A stretch of 64,000 bases of DNA from a virus, in IMG/VR virus record IMGVR_UViG_3300032304_000672, positions 1 through 64,000 of that record; one strand, written 5' to 3'. Under the pieces are notes generated by a model that worked only from the letters and a program-made list of their open reading frames with translations, did no database searches and had not been told where the DNA came from. Each line of letters begins with the position of its first letter. Position 1 is the first letter of the stretch. Positions 20,711 through 29,192 of this stretch are shown in pieces. The position numbers and the translations under genes are program-made.

Positions 20711-21204
20711 CTAGTCCTCGTATTGAGGGAGCCACGCTTCTAGGTGGTGAGCATCTACTATTGCAGACGCAGGGCAGGAAGTCTGACCTCGCCAAGTGAT
20801 ACCTTCAGGAAGATTAATCTCTCGACTATACTCCTCATCATAGAACGCATCAATAGCGTCTATGCAAGGTTGCACCATTGAGACGGGAACGGGTGGGTAA
20901 TGATTACCTTGTAAGTGATAGGCAAGTCCTGCCTCTAGTCCTAATTCTTCTTCTAGTGCTAACGCTGTTGTGTATCCCATTAGATAGTTTCCTTTACTGT
21001 TAATTCTGCCCAAGTGTTATTTTCATTTGCTACTGTTAGTGTGTTAGACATAGCAAGAGCGTTAATTGTTGCATCCTTACACATTTGCTGAATTGCAGTT
21101 TCATCAAGAGCAATTAGCGCAGGCAATAAGTTTGCAGGGATTTTATCCAAGTCAATAATTGCCTCGAATACTACTGTGTGTGGAACTTTCATTAGGTTAG
21201 ACAT
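20711..21204 (-). CDS. Two coupled hypothetical genes (20980-21204 and 20711-20980)
   Basis: TAATG overlap. Confidence 0.7.
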
Positions 21205-21495
21205 TTGTTACCTTTCGTTGTTGGAATAATGGTATTTTACACTAAGCCACTGACATTACCTAATCCATTATGGGCGTGTCGCAGCTTTTGTGAGATTAAT
21301 CACAAAATTTCAGGGTTATCCACAACTAGTCCGTAAGCCTGTGGATAAACCCGCAGTATTGCGGGCCCTTTACTCTTCTTCGGACCAGATATCAGGATCC
21401 TTTTCTTTTAAATATTCTAGTGCAGCTTTTCTCTGATCATCAGTTCCCATTACCGTGGCCATTAATGCATTGAAGTATTCCATTTTTATTTCTCC

Positions 21496-22215
21496 TTATT
21501 TTTTAGTTGCGCTAAATCGAATGTCTGCTTTACCGTAAACACATAATCCACAAGATACACAAGCAGAACCAGCATTGCTAATTAGTGGAATTGATTTCAT
21601 ATTCTCAGGACACTTAGCGCCAGGCTTGCCCGTCAATTCTTTCATTGTGCTTTCGGTTACGGCGAATGTCTTCCCTAAGTATGCAAGGCGAATACCTTCA
21701 TTTGCTTTTAGTTCGTGACCGATTTCTTTATTATCATCGTCGGTAGAATAGTAAAGAGATAGGTTAGATACATCCTTAAGAATAAGCGCTGCAGACTTTA
21801 CACGTGTGTAAACCCAGAATTGAACATCGGTGTGCTCATTGATTACATTCTTCCAGGCATAAGTATAGAAATCATTAAAGAAATCCCCGTCCCAGTGGAT
21901 ACGGAATAACTTAGGAGCGTCTTTCTTATCACAATCAGATTTAAATTCAATAATCATTTCATTTAGCAATTGATACATTGTTTCCATATCAGCATTGCGT
22001 AGCAATTCCCAATTGTGTAGAAGATTAGTTTTTACTCCCTTGAAGAGTTTTTCCAATTTTCCTGCGTAGCAAACACTCTCACAAATACTAGTGGCACCAG
22101 GGCACGAGTAATCCTTTCCAGCGGGGAGACCGAACGTGTTAGCAATTGCGGCTTGCTTTCCATTTTTTGTGACAAGGTTAGCCACCTTTCTATCATTAGA
22201 ACGTTTTAGTTTCAT
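21496..22215 (-). CDS. Gp88-like Cys-rich (Fe-S/radical-SAM-like) protein
   Basis: CPGA...C...CYA, RIHWDGDF, YTR and C..C.LC motifs; leaderless start MKLK. Confidence 0.75.
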   Translation of the reverse strand: MKLKRSNDRKVANLVTKNGKQAAIANTFGLPAGKDYSCPGATSICESVCYAGKLEKLFKGVKTNLLHNWELLRNADMETMYQLLNEMIIEFKSDCDKKDAPKLFRIHWDGDFFNDFYTYAWKNVINEHTDVQFWVYTRVKSAALILKDVSNLSLYYSTDDDNKEIGHELKANEGIRLAYLGKTFAVTESTMKELTGKPGAKCPENMKSIPLISNAGSACVSCGLCVYGKADIRFSATKK

Positions 22216-22246
22216 AGGCGTAATTATAGCGGTTAGGTCCGACATA

Positions 22247-23873
22247 TTAGTAATCTTCATCCATACCAAAACCAGCGGAAGCAAGAGCATCGGAATCAGC
22301 CCAGCCAGTTAATTCATAGAATTCCATTTCTTCAGCATCATAGCATTCAGCGCAGATATAGTCATCACCATAGATTTCATATTCTTCAATTGAATCGAAA
22401 GTTTCTTGAGCACCACAAATTTCATAGTTCAAGCAAGCGACAGTAAATAGTTCCATTATGGACCTCTTTCGTTAGTAGATAGTGGAATTATAGCAGACTA
22501 GACTGACATTTTTTGCAACTCGCTCAAAATTCTAGGGTGTTTTAGATCACACCCGTAACGACACGCCCGACTCCGCAGCTCTGCGGGCATCCCGCTTGTT
22601 TGTCAAGCGGGGCACACCATTTATTTAACGCTAACCTTTTTCTTTTTTATTAGCGCTTTAATTTGTCTTTCTGTTACTCGTGTTCGTTCTGTTGAATACT
22701 TATAAATTGTTCCCGCCTTCTTTGCTTCCTTTACATAGATGCGGTCAAACTCTGCACGATGCTTTTTAATTAACTGCTTTACTGCTTCGTTTCTAATTGC
22801 TGTTGCTGGTGGTGTCATTTTTATTCCCTTTCGTTTTTGTTTTTGTGTTTTGTTTTGCGTGTGTATTTCTTTTTATTCCTAACAGGTTGCGCCGCATTAC
22901 TGCGACGCAATTCCTGAATGCGTTTTACCTTATCAAGAACGGAACTGCGGAACATTATACCCACTCGCTTCGTGAAATCGTTTTACATCAAATCGCTCAT
23001 TATCTTTTGCGAACATCTCCGCAAAATCATTTACCATTTTAGAAAATACAGCAGGGTGAGTTTTATTGCTGACATACTTTAGAATTTCTGCCGTTGCGAT
23101 GTAATCTTTTCTAGTCATCATTTTACTGCCACCATTCCGCTACGATAGAAAACTTTTGTATAGCATTTGCCTGCTGGCGTGTAGAGATTAACTGTAGAGT
23201 ATTCGTTAGCCATTCCCCAGTCGGTGAATAAGAAAAAGTTTTCCCACGCACCAAATTCGCTTTCGTATTCTGCTGACCAATGCGGAGCATTTGAGTCATA
23301 GGCGCAAGTTAGTTTATACATTATCCATTTACCCAATCTACTGTTAATTCATCTGCTACATCTGCGATACAATCGCAAGGCTCGCAATCATAATTATTTT
23401 CATTTCCCCAAAATACAAATCCTGCGCCACCGCATTCATCACAATTCGCTGCGATTATTTCTATGTATTCTTTCATTTTAGCCATTTAGGTTTTCCCTTT
23501 CGTTTGTTTGTTTAGTTATTGTATCAGGTAGCACTGACAAATTAGATAGCGCCCTCTTGAAATAATCCAATTTCAAGAGTTAGCATTTCATCGGGTGTTG
23601 CTTCGGATAAATCTACCCAGCCAGCACCCTCGTTGTCCATTCGGAAAATTTCGATGTATCCCATTATTATTCACCAACCTTTACTGCGATTGTTGCGAAT
23701 TTATTTCGCAGACCGCCAGCACGAACCTCGATTAGATAGGCTTCAGTTTTTTCGCCATACCAAATTTCTGGGCGGTGTTCCGCTGAAACGATTTCGCCAG
23801 AAAAATGGCGATTTCGTGAGCGATAGTTTTTCCCTACAAGTAGGCTTTCGATTGTGTATAGTTTGGTAGCCAT
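22247..23873 (-). CDS. Series of small hypothetical genes
   Basis: 22247-22456, 22621-22818, 22933-23121, 23118-~23320, 23667-23873 and short intervening ORFs, with RBS. Confidence 0.65.
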
Positions 23874-24127
23874 TGGCAGACCTTCTTTCGTTTGTTGTTA
23901 TGTATGGAATTATACACGAACGGACTGACATTTTCACATTACTAGCCAGTAAATCCAAATAGTGAGACGCTCAAGCCGTGTGATACTAATCACATAAAAA
24001 TGTCCGATTTGTCTGTCAAATCGACACGCCGTAGAATTCAGGGAATTTTATAACAAATCCGTAACGACACGCCCGACCCCGTGCCTTTGCGGGCCAGCTT
24101 GAGTTTGTCAAGCCGACACGCCGTTAG

Positions 24128-25795
24128 TTATTCAAAATCTTCAAATATTTTTTCTAGTTGAAGAATTTGCTCATCGGTAAGATGATCTAATTCGATTGCG
24201 TGTTCGAATCCATAAAATTCCATTTTTATTTTTCCTCTTCTTCTAAATTAAAAGTGTTTTCTAAAACGGAATTTGCTTTAGTTAAAGCGGATAACGCATT
24301 CGCAAGACTTTCCTTGCGTTGTGTTTCAACGTGATTTTTAAATTCTTCTAAATTCATTAGTTAGACTCCTTATCTAAACAGTTAATACAATTACAATTTT
24401 TACTAGAGAATAAAAACTTTAACAACTCTTTACGAGTGTAAGTATCTAAACCATAAGAGGATTTTACTCCGCCGTTATGGTAATCGTGAACGATAGTAGA
24501 GAATAGAGTTTCATTTAGTGTAGTCATTTGAGACCACCTTTCTTTTAACGATTAAAACCTTATTTAATCTTGATACTAGTATCCTATCATAGACCACTGA
24601 CATTTTGACCCCTTTTTCGGGCGTGTCGGAAAACTATTTTTGTGATTTAGGTCATGTGGATAACTTACGCTCAAATTTTGGGGGATTTCCACACCTGTGC
24701 ATAAAGCTGTGGATAACGCCCGCAAAAGACTGCGGGCCGAATCGCCTTTGTCAAGGCGACACGCCGTTAGGCTAGTGTGATTTATCCCACTCTCTAAAGT
24801 CTGCGACGATCTCCCGCCACATTAGGCGGAGCATTAGCAGGGTAGGTATTCCGATACCTAATTGGACGGCGGTAGTTAGTAAGCGATTAGTAGTCATTAC
24901 TTATTCTTCTTTCTCTTATAAATCTTATAAGCGATTAGTGCTAGGGCGGTGATAATAATAGTGTGCCAAGGTAAGTAGATAGAGCCTAAGAAACTATCAA
25001 ACTCTAATCCGTATTCGCTTGTTATGTATAAATCAAATCCGTTAGGTATCATTCGTATGCCTCCCAATCTAATGTTAATGATTTAGATAATTCATCTTCA
25101 TCGTATTCGGTAGAGCCTAACTCTATTAAGCCCTCTTCTAGAGCCTTGTTATACATTTCTTCTTCATCAAGATAGACATAAGCGTCTGCTACATCTGCCT
25201 GAATAGTATCCCATTTAGTCATCATTACTTTACCTCTACTTCTCTAATGTTATAAGTGAAACCCTTACCGAGTTTATTTAGTTCAGCAATTACCGCTAAG
25301 ATTTCTTCAGGCTTACTAGCCTTTTGATTTACGGCTAATAGTTGAGAGCCTTGCCATAGTGTGTAGGTTATTGTCATTTTATTTTCTATCCTTTTCGTTA
25401 GTTGTTAGTTGGTTGTTGAGCGATTATTTGCTAGGCTCACCTTTCGGATTATTTGCTAGGCTCACGCTCTAATTCTTATTTAGTTATGGTGTAACCTTAT
25501 CACGGGCTACTGACATTTAGTCGGATTTAGCCGATAGTGTCGGTGTGATTATGCTCACACTTAGACTCTATCTCGTGTCCGTATTCCTCTACGAGTTCCT
25601 CGTAGATTTCGTCCATATAGTCAAGATAATCGTTCATTAGTTATTCTCCTTTCCAAGAGTGTTGTGTGTAGCGTAGTTACCGCCACACATTACGCAGAGT
25701 GTCCAAGCGGTTACTCTACCGCACCCTGCTGAGCAAGATACATAGTCGTTATTAGTAAGGTAGTCGTTACGACTTTCCCAAATTCTGTTTGTCAT
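24128..25795 (-). CDS. Array of ~9 translationally coupled micro-ORFs (25-58 aa)
   Basis: Translated by eye; TAATG/ATGA overlaps, RBS and promoters present; below the ORF-track cutoff. Confidence 0.65.
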
Positions 25796-26871
25796 TTTAT
25801 TGACCTTTCTTTTTAAGTATTAAGTATTTCTTAACTTCTTATACTATAAGCCTAACAGGGGGGACTGACAAATAGGGGGGTTACTGGCAAGTATTGTTAA
25901 ACTATTTTTGTGATTAGCATCACATCTACGCTCAAAGTTAATAATCTATGGGCGCACTATATAGACAAAACGGACATTTTAAAACTCTGGATCATACAAA
26001 ATAAATGGCTATTAACATTTTGATAAATCTGATATTGCAGTTGACTGAAACAATGCTACAATAAGCTATGAACTTAATTCAAGCGGCAGTGATATTTGGT
26101 CCAGTTATTATTCTCTTGATCGCATTTCGCAAAGATATTTTTTAAAAACTCTTGACCTAGCAAAATCTGCCATGTTATACTTAAGGCTGGTTTGTGGGGG
26201 CTTACACTGAAACTCATAATGACGGAAATGTGTAGCTTCTCTATCTTACAAAATTGATTTCAAATTTTGGGGGGTAGGGGGGCTTTCCTAAAATCTAAAA
26301 ATCTGGAAATGTAATTAAAAGAAATATATATCATATATATCTTAGTTGACTAGAATATAGATAGAGTATACAATAAAACAATGGCATCAACCCGATTAGT
26401 AACTTGTGATAAATGTGGGCGGGAAATCGAAGTGAGATCTGGATTTGCCCATATGACACTAATGAATCACCAAAAGATATGTAAGTGATATAATTAGACT
26501 ATGCATGATCACAATAATATAACTTTAGCTACTGGTTCAGGAATAACTGAAATGCAACTCATGTGGTTCATAATGGGTGTAATGGCAATACATCACACTT
26601 GGATGTGGTGGAAAATGCGTTCAAAGAAATGTACTTGCAAAAAATAATTTTTTAACATTTTGTTAAATCTGATATTATAGTCGACTAGGATTAATATGAA
26701 TATGAAATGTAATTTCTGTGATAATCAAAAGTATGTTGAAAGATTAAACAACAAAGGTGTACTTGAGAATTACTGTGTACAATGTATTGAAAAATTAAAA
26801 AGGCGGGAAGGCTAGAAACTTCTCTTGCTATAATTAAGCTATATGGGACTCTATAAGGGTACAAGGTACCA

Positions 26872-27156
26872 ATGAAGTCTGAAAAGCTCTCTGTAGCCAA
26901 GCAGAAGGCTTATTTGGCTCAGTATATTAGAGACCTTAAGGAAAAATCTCCTTGTGGAGACTGTGGGAAGTTTTATCCATACTATGTCATGGATTTTGAC
27001 CACGTACGTGGAGTAAAGCATGCCAATGTTATGGAACTTATTCCCACTCTGTCTAAAAAGAAAATTGATCTAGAAATCGCTAAATGTGAGATAGTATGTT
27101 CTAATTGTCATCGTATTAGGACTCATATGCGTAAAGTATCTAAAAGGAATAAATAG
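26872..27156 (+). CDS. HNH endonuclease
   Basis: CGDC...MDFDH...CSNCHRIRT. Confidence 0.85.
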   Translation: MKSEKLSVAKQKAYLAQYIRDLKEKSPCGDCGKFYPYYVMDFDHVRGVKHANVMELIPTLSKKKIDLEIAKCEIVCSNCHRIRTHMRKVSKRNK

Positions 27157-27412
27157 ATATCTTCTCTTCCCGCCGCACTTTATTTCTTAAATTTAGTCCA
27201 AAGCCAGAATTTAATACCTTGAATAGTCTTATCTATTTTCTGCTCGACTCTAATATCCTTCTTATTAAAACTTTTAGGACTATTGCTTAGATTAAAGAAA
27301 TGTCTGGGCATATAATAATTATATCTTATATTTGTATGTGGTTCTACTTTCGCCGCACTTTTTTCGGGCGCACTTTTCAATTCGCACTTTATTTAGTATA
27401 CTTATAATATAT

Positions 27413-27485
27413 TGACCCATAGCTCAGTTGGTAGAGCGTCGAACTGTTAATTCGAATGTCCCAGGATCGAGACCTGGTGGGTCAG
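27413..27485 (+). tRNA. tRNA-Asn(GTT)
   Basis: TGACCCA/TGGGTCA acceptor stem; CTGTTAA loop; atypical T-loop GATCGAGA. Confidence 0.88.
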
Positions 27486-27489
27486 CGAT

Positions 27490-27563
27490 GCGAGTGTTAC
27501 ATAATGGTAGTGTCTCTGCCTTCCAAGCAGATAGTGCCAGTTCGATTCTGGTCACTCGCTCCA
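27490..27563 (+). tRNA. tRNA-Gly(TCC)
   Basis: GCGAGTG/CACTCGC stem, CTTCCAA loop, encoded CCA. Confidence 0.92.
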
Positions 27564-27564
27564 G

Positions 27565-27637
27565 CTCTTCGTAGCTCAGAGGACAGAGCATTCGGTTTCT
27601 ACCCGACTGGTCGCAGGTTCGACTCCTGCCGAAGAGA
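27565..27637 (+). tRNA. tRNA-Arg(TCT)
   Basis: CTCTTCG/CGAAGAG stem, TTTCTAC loop, GGTTCGACTCC. Confidence 0.88.
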
Positions 27638-27642
27638 CTTAT

Positions 27643-27743
27643 AAAAAGGACAAAACCCAATCAGAGGCGGATCCGATTGGGTTCTGCTGATCTTGCGATC
27701 ATGTACTGGGAGCAAATTTTGGTGGGATGCTACAACCAGTACT
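27643..27743 (-). ncRNA. Candidate ~100-nt three-hairpin sRNA
   Basis: Promoter TTGACT-N17-TATACT (27777-27749); hairpins GTACTGG/CCAGTAC and TGATC-GCAA-GATCA; terminator; no ORF. Confidence 0.65.
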
Positions 27744-27780
27744 TATAGAGTATAAAATAATCTCTATCTAAAGTCAATGG

Positions 27781-28539
27781 TTAGTCCCAAATGCTTTGTT
27801 GTTTTGGATTAAATTCCCAAGGTACTTCTTTGTATTTATCGTCTTCGGTTAAATCGTATAGAATATCCATAAGGACTTTGCAGTCATCGTGTTTCCATGT
27901 AAGAGTACAATGCCCATTTTCTACATTTAGGCATTTATTTAAGTATGACTCTATTTTTTCTACCATCCACTTTAAAGCTTCAGTGGCTTTTGATACGTCT
28001 TCGTAAACGGTTTTTTCCGCCCGATTCATCCTATACGCTATTTGATCAGCGTGGATTCTCTTCATCAGCACCTTGTGGAGTAAATGATGGGGTCGGTCCA
28101 AGAAGAAATCCCTGGTTATGATATTCAACCATCTTGGATACATCTTCTGGACCAACTAGCTTATTAGCAATAAGTGTAAGTAGGTCGTATATGCGATGAA
28201 GCATAATGTAGTTGACCATTGGAAGATTATCTTCTAAATTTTGTGGTTGTTCATTTTCCGTCATCTGGTCTACCCATATCTTCCCAAAACTTCTCTCGAC
28301 CCATTTGGTCTGTTTCTTTTATTTGTCCACCGTCAGTTTGAATCAACGGCTGATTTAAGTTCTCCATAGTATTCCAATCCCACAGTTTTCTTGAAGCTGC
28401 ACGATAAGCAGTATAGATAAATTATACCTTCATTTGTTTCGTTGCACATTAAAGGGCCCTGATCCAGTGGACATTCAAGTCTAGGAACAAGGCCCTTCTC
28501 TGCAAGCAAAAGGTACTTAGACACGTACTGTATCTTCAT
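27781..28539 (-). CDS. Small hypothetical genes (27781-~28030, 28046-28264, 28333-28539 Zn-ribbon)
   Basis: ORF track; CxxC motifs in 28333-28539. Confidence 0.65.
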
Positions 28540-28551
28540 GTACCTTCCCCT

Positions 28552-29112
28552 CTAATATTTGAATTCCGCTAGGAACTCTTTGTATCTTGCCCCATTCAGG
28601 GAAGACCACGATGACCAATCAGTGCCGCCTTTAGTCATATAATACGTTATCTCTGCGTTTATTACTGGGTCAAACAATAAGATGTTTGACTTTAGATCAA
28701 ATTTTTCTTTACGATCAATGCCGAGTTCACCCAACATATTAATCTGAAAAATTCCGTAGGAACTGTCTCCAGTTTTCCTGTTACCATTGTAAGCCATAGG
28801 CCTTGAATTGGATTCTGACTTAGCAATAGCCCAAGCCTGTTTAAGGGCTTTTCCTTCAAAGCCAACAGCTGATAGGAGTTCTTTTAGTTCTCCGTCTGTT
28901 AGCGTCTCAGAAGGCTTGTACACAGTAGTGCTGTACTTCTCTAAGGTTTCTTTCTTTAGTTGTACTGTTGATTTCACAGGTGCTTCCACCTGCAATGCTT
29001 GACTAGCTGTTGGTCCAGGCTGGACAGTAAATAAAAATAATGTTATCATTCCTATATACGACCAGTTATGAGCAACATCACTCAAACGTTGTTTTACTTT
29101 CTCCATTGGCAT
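28552..29112 (-). CDS. Membrane-anchored/secreted lytic transglycosylase (lysozyme-like SLT fold)
   Basis: IAKSES catalytic Glu, SYGIFQIN, DPVINA and W..W motifs. Confidence 0.85.
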   Translation of the reverse strand: MPMEKVKQRLSDVAHNWSYIGMITLFLFTVQPGPTASQALQVEAPVKSTVQLKKETLEKYSTTVYKPSETLTDGELKELLSAVGFEGKALKQAWAIAKSESNSRPMAYNGNRKTGDSSYGIFQINMLGELGIDRKEKFDLKSNILLFDPVINAEITYYMTKGGTDWSSWSSLNGARYKEFLAEFKY

Positions 29113-29192
29113 TTCCTCCTTTAGAGATAACGAACTATAATAGTAACATTACTTGGCAGTAGGTGTCAAGCCAGTCAACCAGAAAGATTATC

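Larger units (their letters stand above)
12641..24716. promoter_or_regulatory. DnaA boxes TTATCCACA in four intergenic clusters
   Basis: Perfect at 12665, 12677, 19437, 21316, 21340, 24655, 24708; variants at 12641, 12653, 19414, 24685, 24696. Confidence 0.8.
12411..24737. repeat. Dispersed fixed-spacing element WWTTYRRGGG-N16-CGTAA-N13-CCC-(N~8-GCGGGC), 10 copies plus 1 degenerate
   Basis: CGTAA core at 12436, 12493, 12615, 16229, 18113, 19429, 21332, 22554, 24060 and 24700 (CATAA); degenerate copy at 13410. Confidence 0.9.
13146..25870 (-). promoter_or_regulatory. 16 promoters TGTCRG-N10-TA-N3-T (PafBC/RecA-NDp type)
   Basis: 22-bp sites starting at 13146, 14601, 16118, 17898, 18056, 19326, 20339, 20621, 21234, 22223, 22487, 23518, 23909, 24581, 25494 and 25849; invariant N10 spacing. 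Confidence 0.88.
16158..25924. promoter_or_regulatory. CRP/GlxR-type palindromes TGTGA-N6-TCACA (5 perfect, 6 near-perfect)
   Basis: Perfect at 20680, 21289, 23979, 25544, 25909; near-perfect at 16158, 16186, 18106, 19386, 22536, 24641. Confidence 0.8.

Noticed and set aside
12411-24737. Scaffold repeats as CRISPR repeats or integron attC sites
   Set aside because: Spacing is kb-scale and irregular; no RYYYAAC/GTTRRRY ends; no cas or integrase gene in the window.
13146-25870. TGTCAG as an ordinary -35 hexamer
   Set aside because: The spacer to the -10 is 10 nt, not 16-18.
24100-26000. Stop-codon recoding as the explanation of the ORF-track gap
   Set aside because: The gap is explained by micro-ORFs; all three stops terminate genes normally and no suppressor tRNA is present.
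27424-27660. ORFs 27424-27660(-) and 27456-27644(+)
   Set aside because: They overlap three tRNAs.
29113-29192. c-di-AMP riboswitch upstream of the transglycosylase
   Set aside because: Only ~80 bp of intergenic space, filled by promoter and RBS.
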